Source: Lama glama (lineage: Eukaryota). Taken from it: a DNA stretch of 64,000 nt. Where the stretch lies: NCBI GenBank assembly GCA_028534125.1, contig CM052817.1, positions 30,754,001 to 30,818,000 on the forward strand, given 5' to 3'. Positions 40,315 through 52,440 of the stretch are shown here, in pieces. The position numbers and the translations under genes are program-made. The notes beneath the pieces are model-generated. The model did no database searches. It was given only the letters and a program-made list of their open reading frames with translations, and was not told where the DNA came from. Numbering within the stretch: the stretch's first letter is position 1; each line of letters begins with the position of its first letter.

Positions 40315-42001
40315 TCACCTGAAAACCTTTTTAACCAGGAACTCCATAATCATGACACCATATCATTTAACTGAATCAAATTTTTGCTACATTAAATTTC
40401 AGTAGGAGGTGCTAAACTTGGCTCATATAAAGCCACAAGAATAGAGTTAGACATTTTTTATTTTTGTGAACTGTGTCAAAATCATATTTTACACCTCAGG
40501 GATGGCGCACAGCTGTGTAAACACCCTAAAAGAAGAGAGTGGTGTCTGATGGGGGCCTGGTACTTCTAGAAGAGCCAGGCTACTGTGCAACGGGCATTCA
40601 GCACATAGAAGAGACTGTAATCCACTGGGTTCTTACTCTTGAATTACCTTCGCTGCCACAAAATGCGTTACACCAGGGAATTATCCTGCAATCACTATTA
40701 GATAGATAAAGGATGGATGTCTGTGATGTGGTGTAAGATGTGGCAGGAGACAGGACTTATGTTGGTGGTCTATGAACCCTCCACCTTGATCCTGTCAAGG
40801 GACATAATGTCATTTCCTTTCTTACTCAGAAGTGGAGACTATCGACTCCCTCAGTGTCACACATCAAATCCTTAAAATTCTTCTGTCTTTCTTCCCCTCC
40901 TTCCATATAACTCTGAGAGAAGTTTTCATCTTCTTTCTAAGGCTAATCTCGCCATGTATGCATTTAATCTTATTGCTGGACACTCTTCTGATTTTGCTCC
41001 CTTCTTTTATCAAATCTTCAGTCTTCCCTCTGCTGACTCCTCTACGATTTTCTCTTCAAGCACGAGTCCTTGAAGAGCTTTGGTTTCCATTATTTCCTCA
41101 TTTACTCCTTCATCTCCGAAAGCACAACTCCCACCCATGCTTCTTTCCTAAAGCAACTCTGTCAAAAATCACCAGAACCATTGCTGGTAGTCAGTCTATA
41201 CTCTTGACTTCTCTGAATGATTTAAGAGTGGTGATTGACTTTGACTTCAGGATTTCCAAGATTCACACAATTTACTCATTATTCTCATTCTTCTGTCTTT
41301 TTGTTATTCTAGCACTGTTTCCTCTTTTGCTCTAATTGTGAACAAGAGGGATTCCTTGTGGTTTAAATAACTCATTGAATTTAACAGCTTAAGTATCTAA
41401 AATATGAAGTCATTGAGTTCAGAAAAATATTTGTAATTGCTTACTGAGCATCTATATTGGATGTCTGACTGCCAGTTATTCCTGACTTGAACCCCGTTTC
41501 GTGTTATCTGTTTCTCCTAAAATCAGGTCTTCCTCCTTACACACCTGCTAACAAAATCATCCTCCTCCCAGTCAATAGGCATAAACTTGTAAGCATCTTT
41601 GTATTTCATTTGTCCCAAGATTCAGTCTGTTGCTTTTGCTCGAACATCTCCATTTCCAAATCACTTCCATCACCTCAGTTAATATCCCTAGTATCTTTCA
41701 CTTCCTGGCCAGTTTCCTGTCTTAATTTTACCTGTTCTCATCCCTGCCATTATATTCTTCCTATAGTGCATATCAGGTCATATCAATCCCACACTAAAAA
41801 AAAAAAAAAAAAAAGCAAAGACAAAAAAAAATTAACAATTTCTCCATGGTCTCTGTAAAATTAATCCTCTGTCTGGAATCTGAGACCCTGTGTATATGAC
41901 CAAATGTTTTTCCCACATTATTATCCATTTCTTTCCTCTATTCTTTCCTCCATGAAGCCTAAACTTTTATGAAACAATTTACTTATTTCTCTAACCACAT
42001 C

Positions 42002-42124
42002 TAGGGCATTTCAAATCAAGTCTGTCCCAAATGTACATAGGTCATATTTATACTAAAATACTATTAGCTGTTTATTTGAACGTCACATTCAACTGGGCAT
42101 CCTGTATTTCATGTGGGAAACCTA
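42002..42124 (+). mobile_element. MER53-like hAT element with most of the 5' arm deleted
   Basis: tgtcccaaat...tatactaaaata...gtttatttgaa...ttcaactgggcatcctgtattt...aaaccta matches the recalled MER53 3' arm. Confidence 0.7.
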
Positions 42125-42743
42125 CAGCCCTGCTCACATGCCCTTCTATCTCTACCCCCAGTTTCACCCACTCCATCACGTTCTCGCTTCTCTGAAAAGC
42201 CACTCTCAAATTTTACTTTCTCCATGAGGACTTTTACAACATTTCCAACCAGATAAAAACACTCCTTCTCATTTGATACCTTACTTCACTTTAATCTCCT
42301 AAAGGCCCATGAGATTTGTAACTCTCTTAAGATGTTTTATCTTTCTGTGTCTTAGAGTTATCTCCTTGTGATGCAAACAAGACTGTATATTTGTCAAAAA
42401 TGGGAACTGTACTTCTTTAACCTTCGTCTCCTCTCTCTCAAACCAAATAAATGTTTGAAAAATTGAAATGAAAATTTGTAGGATGTGGTCACCTGACTCA
42501 TGATAGTTGTCAGCTGCAACGTTTCCTATCTCTAAATGATGGCTTTTAACCAACGAGCAATTATCACTATTAATGAACAGATGTGTCCTGCCTCTTGTCC
42601 AAACACGATCCAGCTGGCTGAAAACACTAATTCTCTCCAAGGCCCAGCCCTGTGGGTGCTGCAAGATTGTGTTTATCTTTCCCTGAAAATGGCAGGCATG
42701 GAATGATTTAATTCTGGGAAGACATTCAGTGGCGTATTTAACT

Positions 42744-42843
42744 NNNNNNNNNNNNNNNNNNNNNNNNNNNNNNNNNNNNNNNNNNNNNNNNNNNNNNNNN
42801 NNNNNNNNNNNNNNNNNNNNNNNNNNNNNNNNNNNNNNNNNNN
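42744..42843. other. Assembly gap (100 N)
   Basis: Run of exactly 100 n. Confidence 1.
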
Positions 42844-42949
42844 GTTGCAGAGGGGGGGGGGGGCTTGTGTGCACACACTAAGCACATACGGAGTAAGATG
42901 CATCATTTGAACTATTATTGACAGCAATTGTATCATGAAATTCAATCAT

Positions 42950-43110
42950 TACCCAGGTATACAAATAATTGAACTATTTTATACATCAGGCACTATGCTA
43001 AGTGTTCTACCTATATTGTTGCATTTCATCTTTACCACAACACTATGAAGTTTGTACTATTATTATGCTAATTTTACAGATAACCAACACTAGGAGAGCT
43101 GAAGTAATTT
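42950..43110 (-). mobile_element. MIR
   Basis: caggcactatgctaagtgtt...cacaacactatgaag...attttacagat. Confidence 0.75.
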
Positions 43111-43524
43111 TTCCTGTCTCCTAATTTATTATTAACTTTTTAAAAACAGGTTCAAACAGGTCTGAACATTGCATTTCGCTGATAAATTTATCTAAAATCT
43201 CTTTTACTCTAAAAGTTTCCCATTCCTTTATTTTCCTCCTGTAAATTTTTTTTTTTAAGAAACCATGCTTTTTTGTGTGATTACATCCACTTGTTGTAAA
43301 TGTGTTCCTTTATGCCCCATATCTGAGGCTTGGTCGGGTTTGAATTAGTTATTTTGTTGTGCTTTGGCGAGTCTGCTTCCTAAAGCAGCCCTATTGTGTA
43401 CTTTAATCGGGAGACAAGAAACACCTGCCTGTGTCTGTTTTTGTGATGTGAAGACTGATGTGCTGACTGAGGCACTGACCATCTGATCTGTCCATTATAA
43501 TAATCCCATCAATTTGTATGTAAC

Positions 43525-43890
43525 AGTACTTGTTTGCTAGGACTGCTCTAGCGAAACGAGTGGCCTGAGCCACAGAAATGTATTGGCTCACAGTTTTGAA
43601 GTCACAAGGTTGGTTCCTCTCAAGGGCTGTGAGGGAAGGGTCTGTTCCAGGCCTCTCTCCTTAGCATACAGGTGACCGATTTCTCCCTGTGTCACCTCCC
43701 TTCTTGGGTCTTTCTGTGTCCCCTTCTTATAAGGACATCAGTCCTGTTGGATTAGGGCTCACCCTAATGACCTCGCTTTAATCTGATTACCTCCGTGAGG
43801 GCCCTGTCTCTAAACAGAGTCACATTCTGAGGTGCTGAACGTCGGGACATCAACATATGAAGTTAGGGGGACACAATTCAGCCCCTAACA
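43525..43890 (-). mobile_element. MLT1A/B-like MaLR solo LTR
   Basis: cttataaggacatcagtc...ggattagggctcaccctaatgacctc...gtcacattctgaggt...gggggacacaattcagcccctaaca. Confidence 0.88.
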
Positions 43891-43899
43891 GTAACAATT

Positions 43900-45050
43900 T
43901 TAGCAGCCACAGATAATCTCTGCTTAAACCTATTTAGAGTTTACAAAATGAGAATACTCTACCATCCCTTCCTTTTTTATTAACTGGATTATTCTCTAAA
44001 GGACTTTCCCTCACCAACTGTTTGGTCATCCTGAGGTCAAGTTGGTGCTGGAAGGCAAGATAAATGCTTGACTGTTTCCCTTTATGTAGCAGTTCTCTAA
44101 ACAAGTTGTTTCCCTAGAGCCCCCTAGATGTGAGCACTGAGGTTCGGCGTTTTGGTTTTTTTGTGTTTATCACTATGAGGTCACAGGTGACAGCAGGTGT
44201 GTCTGATTCAGTCCACAGCAGCTATGGTTATTTTTGATCCTCTCTTGTCCTATCTTTGCCCAGTGACAGCCCCTTCCTGTAAGTTGGCATCTGAGTTCTT
44301 TCAACCTGACCTCAGGAGTTGCTGATCGCCTCCTTGTCTTCTGGTGCATCAACTTGGACACTTTTTTGTCCCAGAAGAGAATAAAATATATCCTGAGTTC
44401 ATACCGATATTTCTAGTTCAAATTTAGAATTACAGGGCTTTTATTCAATTTCTTTGATTTTGTATTTTGTTTCCTTCCTCTTCATTGAAAACATTGATTC
44501 TTAATGTATTAACATGATTATTTATTTACTTTGCCCTGTTTTATATATATATATATATGATTAATATATGTGTAATATATATATAGTTACATGTGTATAT
44601 ATGGTTGTTTGTGTGTGTGTGTGTGTATAAAAATAGTTTTTAAATTAAAATACCAACATTATTGTTACTAACAATATGATTACCAAAAACTGGTTTGAGA
44701 TTTCCTTGCAGTGTTTTTTGTCCTTAGGGTATATCTCATAAGGAACAAAGACTAAAGTTACTATTTTTTAAGTCACATTTTAAGTTTCAGCTTAGGAATA
44801 GTTGCTTACTGTATGGTTAAGCTCCATTTCATTTTGCTTTTGGTTTGGAATTTTTAATTTTTATTTAATTTTATTTCACAATTATATTAAGCATTTACAT
44901 GGCTAAAGTCAAACTATGACACAGAAGAAGTCTTATTTCCATTGTGGTCCCAACCCTCTCCCACTCTTTTCTTCCCCTATAGGATTTTTTTTGCGATTGT
45001 TTTTTCACTGTAACAGACACGTATATATAGTCATACTTCCACCTTTGCTA
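43900..45050 (-). mobile_element. Old L1 (L1MC-like) 3' UTR fragment containing a (TA)/(TG) microsatellite
   Basis: atttctagttcaaatttagaattacaggg and related antisense L1MC motifs; microsatellite at ~44542-44628. Confidence 0.6.
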
Positions 45051-46603
45051 GAAGGTAGTATAGTGTACCTGCTACTCTTTACCTTCTAAAGTGATTTTGC
45101 AAAGCCACCATAAGTGCTGAAAGCAGAGTTTTAACCCAAGTCTTTTCATTTCTGTCTATACTCACAGCCCCTGTACAAAGCAGCTTATTACTGTCCTGTG
45201 TTAAGTACTTTTCCCTGCAGATCATTTCTAGGAAGACAGTTGCCCATGTAAGATGCTTCTGTGGCTTACCACTGTAGAAATGAAAATAATCAGAGCAGGC
45301 ACATAGCATAAATGGGAATAGCTCTGCCAAATGCGAATGTGTTAGCTTTATGAAATGTACACAACTGTGTCAGGTCCTCTAGCACATACTAATGACTTCA
45401 AGTTCCAAAGAGAAGCTTCTAAGCATCAGGTTTCAGAAATGAATCAAATATTAACCAGAAACCTGTGTCTTGATGGGGATTTGGAGAACTCCCTCACTGT
45501 ATTTGCTTACCTAGCTCTACTCTGAATCGATTTTTTGATATTCTTGACACTGGCTGGGATTGTGGATTGTGCATGAGAATAAAATCAATGGCTACGTTTA
45601 TTGAATATAAAAGAAAGACAGAGTTTCCCACTTTTCCTTGGAGGCTCAGCTCATCTTGCCTTGTTTTTCTTGATAAAGCCAAGTAAAAAGTAGAGGCAAT
45701 TATCTTGATAATACAGATCGAAAAAAAAAAAGAAGAAACAAACAAACAAACAAACCAAAAACCCACCACTATTGATTTTTAAAGCAATTTGGGGGTCCTA
45801 AATATTTCATAGTAGCTTTCTATATTGATTGTACATCCTGAAAAAAGATTTCTTTCTTACAGACATTCTGTGTATGGAGACTGTCATGATTACATTCAAG
45901 AGTCCTGCAGATCCCACAGAGCTTACTGTGAGACAGGCTGGGCGGAGACATTGTTGAGTCCACTGCATAGAATATACATGCGGGCTGATGCGCGATTTGC
46001 AGAGGGCGACTGGCTGATATTGACAAATGCATCCTAAGAGAAAGAAACTTTGTACTTCAAATGGAAGCGAGAAAAAGCAGGGCATGCATAAAGAATAGGT
46101 AGCTCACTTTATTAGAAAGAATGCCTGGAGACGCTTCATACTTCCCACCAAAGAGCACAGTATGGTTATTCTCCTCACACTGTGGTTGACTTGTATTTCA
46201 GAGATTCATCAGTGGAGTGCAGAGAAAGCCATTTAAAATGTCCTCCAGTGAGCAGACTGCTATTTTTGCCTCTCAAAGTTTTTATTTTTAATGCTCTTTA
46301 TTCACCTATATGTATATATACATATATATATATGATTCGATAATATTTGTTAGCGGCTCCCAAATGAGTGATGTAGCTCTTGTGTGGTCATGTGACCTGT
46401 GGATGGACTGTGATGATTAAATCTCCATAATCAAATTAATGTAGAAGATTAAGGACAAATAGTGATCATAAATTATATAACAAAGAACCACGTCTTCTCA
46501 AATTCTTAACTTTGTTTGAGTCCTTGTGGAATAATACCTAATGTGAATGCTCGGGAGCAAAAAAAAAAAGCACGAGAGAAAGAAAGAGAAAGAGGAGGGA
46601 AGA

Positions 46604-46724
46604 GGGGGAGGGCATAGCTCAGTGGATAGCATGCACGAGGTCCTGGGTTCAATCCCCAGTACCTAGATTGAAAAAATAAATAAATCAACCTAATTACCAC
46701 CTCTCTGCAAAAAAAAAAAAAAAG
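46604..46724 (+). mobile_element. Camelid tRNA-derived SINE (Vic-1-like) with TSD
   Basis: ggggagggcatagctcagtgg...gcatgcacgaggtcctgggttcaatccccagtacct, then aaataaataaatcaacctaattacc and a poly(A) tail; 16-bp TSD gaaaga(g/a)gagggaaga at 46588-46603 and 46725-46740. Confidence 0.9.
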
Positions 46725-49700
46725 GAAAGAAGAGGGAAGAAAGGGAAGAATGGAGGGTGGAAGTAAAAGGAGACAAAAATGGGAAAGGAAAACTAAGTAT
46801 CTCAGAAATACGTTATGAATTTCAGATCCTAGTTATAATATTATAAATGACACCACTTCCAAGAAGACAGATTAGATTTTGACAACCATTTGTGGATTTT
46901 TTTTTAAGTAATCTTCTCCAGGACCTCAATTTATTCCATTAAATCATCATTTCCAACTTTAGTATTTTAGTACCACTTCCATGATTTCTGCCACAAAAGT
47001 ATATCATCTGAAAATATTGAATCATTTTTTACTTCTATATGTATATGTATGTATATTTTTATATATACATATATATTTAGAGGAGAATTTATATCCTCTG
47101 TATGTAGAAAACTATTTTAATAGATATTAACATACATCTAAGCTAAGAATTGTATTAAAATTTAAAAATGCTTATCCATGTTCTATCTGCAATGATATTT
47201 CCACATTTATAGAATTGAGATAATAATATTGCCTATCTTATGGGGTATTTAAGGTTAAATAAGTTAATAGCAATAAAAGGCTTACAACATTCTCTGACAC
47301 ATAGTAAGGGCCAGATGAGCACCGACTTACCTTGTACAAAACATGTGATATATGTATGTATAGATATTAAGCATATGCCATTGACATAATAACAATCATC
47401 TTCAAATAAAGGCCTCAGCTTTCTTTACTAACCTTTGGAGGCATCAAGTTAAATCTAGCCTCCCTGTCAGTGCTATGTGTCTCAATTTGTGGAATGGACA
47501 CCCCAAGAAGCCACCAGCTGGCTCTATGGCAATTCAACTTCTTATTTTGTATTACACCAAAGGGAAGAAGAGTGTGTTTCTCAAACCTAAAATTCCATCT
47601 TGGTTTCCCTATCAGAGATAATACTAGGCCAAATATGTCATTTCTCCATTTTTCAGTAGTGTTACGACATTGGGACTTTCCACGTGCGGAACAATCGATG
47701 GAGCAAGACGTTCCTACCGATGCAGATCCACTACCACTATGGAAGCAGTAGTCTCCTTTAGAACAGAAATGTCACAGAGGATTTCTGAGAGGATGTGTGC
47801 CATTAAAACACAATAGAAGACGTTTCCCAAGGCTAGATCTTCTAGAAAAACACTAACTTATTTTGATATCAACACAAATGATCTCACTGGCATTAATAGT
47901 ATACATTATCAGTAAACCTAATATTGCTTTATTACATTTAAAAGAAGTAGTAGAACAATGGGTATCATATTTAGTAGAATTAATGCCTCATCCTTCTGAG
48001 TGTCTCAACTCACAAAAGACATTTTGGGGGGAAGGAATATTTTCCTACATAGCCCATCATTCCCTCCCCGTTTTGATATAGTGAGTACCGTTTATCCAAG
48101 CACAGCATGCTTTGTTCTTTCCAGGACATAGAAGGTTATACTCAAGGAGCAGCTCTTTGTGCAAAAAGCTAGCATTTTCTTTTCTGTATCTTCCAGGAAA
48201 ATTTTAGTTTTATCTTTCCTAAACATTTTCTCTTCATGTATAAAGACAGGGATGGAACCAAAACAGGACAGGGGTGGACGGGGTAAAACCAATCTGTAAC
48301 GAAACCACAAAGAGCTGGAGCTGATAGTATTGTCTGATCTGTTGTCTCCTAATTGCAAGGTATGGTAGACACACTCAGTGACAACAACAACAGCAAATAA
48401 TGTAAATAGAATTGTTATTTTAATTAAATCCTCACATTCTTACTCCTATTTTTTTTCAAACTTGGATAAAATTGTTTAAAGCAGAGTTCTTTAATCTTCT
48501 TAAACATCAAAGGATTACTGAAGATGGAGAAGTGTATTGCTTCTAGAATCTAAACAATGGATTGCTTTGAAAATCTAGATAACTACACTTCAGTAATTAA
48601 AATGGAATCTTAAAGATTAATAAGTGCCACAAAAGGTGCCATGAACATATATATGTTGTTACACATTTCTACTTTCTCAGTTAAAAAGTGGAAAAAATAT
48701 CAGAAAAGGGGAACTGCATTTCTTCAGGTTCCAGAATATTTTATTCTCAGGCATGACAGGCATAGGTCCCACAGTCTGCCAGCTTTTCAGTGTTTTAGGA
48801 AAATATTTGAGACTTGAAAAGAAAAGCTTAATGGCTCCAAAACAGAGATGAAAACTCTGAGATCACAATTAGAATTATTAATTAAATGCCTCCAACTGTG
48901 ACATTCTGTCTACAGGCCACTTGTACATTTAAAAAATAAATAAAACTCAAATTGTGAAAGTCATTTTTTAAATTATATTTATTGCATTTGCTCAGGAATG
49001 CCTTAGGCCAAGGGAATATTCAAAAGACTTCACTCATGCTTCGTTATTTTGGAATTTTTTACCTGGTCTCTTAGTTCTGCTCTCTTCCCTTTCAATTCTA
49101 TCCTGCAGCCCACTAGCAGATTTTTTAAAATGAAACACCATTTTTGACACTACTTTCCCGCTCAGGAATCTATTGACTCCCAATTACCCACTAGACCAAG
49201 CTTCTCTCCAGACATTCATGACATGTCACAATTAGATCAACTCTTTCCAAGCAGCCTCATTTAAGATTCCGCCTAACCACAAAGCCTTACACCACAAGTG
49301 CGGGCTTCCTTTCACTTTCCTGAATCACTAGACTGATTCTTATTTCCTAGCCCCTGGTCAGTTGTTCTCCTTTTTAATTCAACAATGAAAAGTCTTTCCT
49401 TTCTTTTTAGCTGTCTATTTCTCATATTCCAAGACCCAATTTAGAGGTCATTCCTTCTTAAAATCTTCTATAACTGCTTTAACCCTCCACAGGGGTACAG
49501 AACTTGGAGCCTTTTTTAATATAGCAATTATGAAACGTCTTCTCCAATTAGCTATTGCTTCACATATTACTCTCATCTTCCCCAAAACTGTATAATCTTT
49601 TTGAAAATAGAGTCTATTTCTTATACTCCTTTCCCCACAGCAAGCACATACTAAGCAAATGGTCCACTTACTATTTTACTTATTTACTGACAAACCTCTT

Positions 49701-49749
49701 GCTTTTAACTATGTCTCTCTGACTATGGTTTCTGTGAAATCAGCTTTGC

Positions 49750-49805
49750 TTTATGCTGTACGCCAGAAATTGACACATTGCAACTGACTATGCTTCAATA
49801 AAAAC
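49750..49805 (+). mobile_element. Tiny L1 3' terminus
   Basis: tgctgtacgccagaaattgacacattgcaactgactatgcttcaataaaaa. Confidence 0.75.
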
Positions 49806-50029
49806 TTTTTTTTTTAATTTTAAGGAGAAAGCTTACTTCTCACATGAAAATAGAAATTATCCAAAAATGAAACCCTTACATGAAGATGGTTAAATCTAAT
49901 GCTTAAGATTCTGTTGTAGCTCATGTGTAGAGGACTTCCTCCAAAGAGTGTAAAGCATGTTGAGATATGAGAAATGTATACAGTGCTAAGGGTGATATTT
50001 CTTCTCTTTTTACCAACCTATAAAATTGT

Positions 50030-50480
50030 GCATGAGTGCTTTTTCTTTAGAGTAGTTCCTTCAGAAAACTATATGCTTAGCCCATCAAGACTGCTGCCTT
50101 CAAAGTATTTTTACAACTTCTCTTTAGGAATTTAATTGAATCCTTGGCTACATTCAAAGTAGTAGCAAATCATTACCTTCAAGGTGATTATTGGAAAAAA
50201 ATAAGAGTGGGAGATAAACCTGTGAACAATATTGTTGGTCAAAGCTGGGTGTAACACATACACATAACTAATTTTTTCCTTTATTTCATTAAATAACTAT
50301 ACATGTATATTCCAAATGAGAGTTTAAAAAGACTTTCAGCTAAAGAAGCACACAAATGAAATGATATTGTATCTCATCAATGGAATTATTTCCAAGAGTC
50401 CAAACTTATTTGTATTTATTATACCCATTGTTAAGTTCAGATGTTGTAATATTAACAGACCAGAGTCAGATAGAAGAGCT
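50030..50480. mobile_element. Ancient mariner-like element remnant (MARNA-like)
   Basis: gagtagttccttcagaaaactatatgctta...ctgctgcc...tatttttacaacttctctttaggaatt resembles recalled MARNA consensus. Confidence 0.45.
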
Positions 50481-50649
50481 ATTCGACTTCTATATTACTC
50501 CTATCCAATCAGGTAAGGAGACTCATATTACATCTGGAATGGTAAAAACAAATATGATTTAGAAATTATTGAAGAGGAGACAATTAACAAATCATACAGA
50601 GGCAGTTACTCATAGGGGTAGAAAGTAGTGCACTGATAGATTTGCTCAT

Positions 50650-51520
50650 AGTTTGGATCTAAGTTATGGAAAAAATAGAGTAATTAATGATGATTTTATG
50701 GGGATTTTGACCTGGGGAGCTAAAATAACAGAGTTGGAGGGGCTGTAGACAAAATACTGCTGGGGAGAAACTAAGCTCTGTTTGAAGGAAGTTATAGCTG
50801 AAGTGCCATTGGACATGCAAGTGAAGAGGCTGATTGGCAGTTAGGTGCAAAACTTGAGATCCAGGAGGGAGATCTGGATTCAGAATCATTAGTATGTAGA
50901 CAGTCTTTAGAGTCATGTGTCTGGATGATCTCACCAAGGGCAAGAGCATAGATGGGACAGAGATGAAACCCAACATCAGGAGAATGGAGAAGGCCCCCAG
51001 CAGCTAGCACAAGGAAGAAGAGGGGAAAATAGCAAAGGAAACTAAAGAGAAGCAGCCAGTGAAAGCAGGGAGGAAAACCAGGAGACTGTGGTTGCCTCGA
51101 AGCCAGGTGAAGAGAATGTACCAAGAAGGTGAGAGTAATCAATCGTGTCAAGTATTGCTGATCAGTTGAATAACTTGAGGTTTATTGGTGATTTTGCCAA
51201 GACCAAATTGAGTTCCGTGATGAAAGAAACCATCTAATTGGAATAGATTCAGGAGAGAAGTGGAAAAATGGAATTGTAAACAATGGATGTATCCGTATGC
51301 TGTTGAGAAAGATACATTTGAGAAGGGAAATTTGATGCTTCAGGAGAGAGTAAAGAGACAATCAGGCAATATGTCCTTCAACAGGCAAGAAGGTGCAACA
51401 TTTACTGTAAAACTGGAGGCTTAGCCTTAGATCAGAACATGAGCTTCACTCACTGGAACAGGAGAGAAGGCAGAGTCTATGGGTACAAACCCAGATAGAT
51501 GGATCAATGTGGTGGTAGTA
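50650..51520 (-). mobile_element. L2 fragment
   Basis: ggacatgcaagtgaagag...ctggatgatctcaccaaggg...gcagccagtga...gaaaaccaggagactgtggttgcc. Confidence 0.85.
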
Positions 51521-51700
51521 TTTAATCTTCACAATAAGTTCTTAAGATAGGTGGTCCCATTTTTTCCCTTTTAAATAAAGAAACTGAGGCACCAGCAAGA
51601 TAAGTAACTTATTAAAGGTCGTATAGCTAGAAAGTGACTAAGCCAGAATTTGAAACCAAGCAATCTAACTTCACGGGCTAAATGCTTAGCTGCTATTCTA
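51520..51700 (-). mobile_element. MIR
   Basis: gaaactgaggcac...taagtaactt...aaggtc...agccagaatttgaaacca. Confidence 0.8.
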
Positions 51701-52254
51701 ATAGAAATACAGGGTTCAGCACAAGGTTGGGTCCCATCTAGACTATTTTTCTCAGTCCTGGATAACTCATCTTGAGAACCCAAAGGACTACAACTGGGAT
51801 GTCACAGGCCTTGGACCTCTGTCCCTGTGCAGGTAATGAAGCTCTGAAGATTATCACTCTTAGAGCTTTCTATCTTTAAAGCCACAGATTAGACGCCAAT
51901 GTAGTTGCTAGTGTTTAAAAATGTAAAAATATAGAAACTATGGGTTTTAAAAAATATTTGAAGAAAATAGAAGGAATTAGGTAAGGAACTCATTTTACCT
52001 AGACTGAAAATAAGCCTAGATAGTGGAGAAACAGGATAACTCTCCAGAAGTATTTGAAAATCTGCTATTTCAAAGAAAGCTGAGACTTACTCTGTGTTGC
52101 TCCCAACAGAAGATCAGTGACCAACATGTGAAACTTTCAAGGAACATATCCATTTCTTTACCTACCTTTGTGAGTCTCATATGAAAAACACTCAGTATAA
52201 ACATTTAACTTATATTCAAGAATGGAATTAATGCCTTACTACTAGGATCTCTCC

Positions 52255-52440
52255 AGAGGTAGGTAGGTTGGTGGAAAGAAAAGAATTTGAGCTTTAGAAT
52301 CAGAACGAGCCCCACCATTTACTGGCTGCATGCCTTAGGCCTAGTTCCCCAACCTCTCAGAACTTCAACTTCCTCATTTGTAAAGTGTCTGTAGTGATAC
52401 ATCTTTCAGATTTTTATAAGAATTAATGTGTGTGAAATGA
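52255..52440 (+). mobile_element. MIR
   Basis: gctttagaatcaga...ccatttactggctgcatgccttagg...aacctctcag...ttcctcatttgtaaa. Confidence 0.75.

Noticed and set aside
40832..41335. 167-aa Leu/Phe/Ser-rich ORF
   Set aside because: Pyrimidine-rich, probably degenerate L2 sequence; non-ATG start and no recognisable domain.
42002..42124. MER53-derived miRNA hairpin
   Set aside because: The 5' arm is mostly deleted, so the palindrome cannot form.
42299..42874. 191-aa ORF
   Set aside because: Spans the N gap, so it is an artefact.
46604..46665. tRNA gene
   Set aside because: It has a SINE tail, poly(A) and TSD, and the cloverleaf is incomplete.
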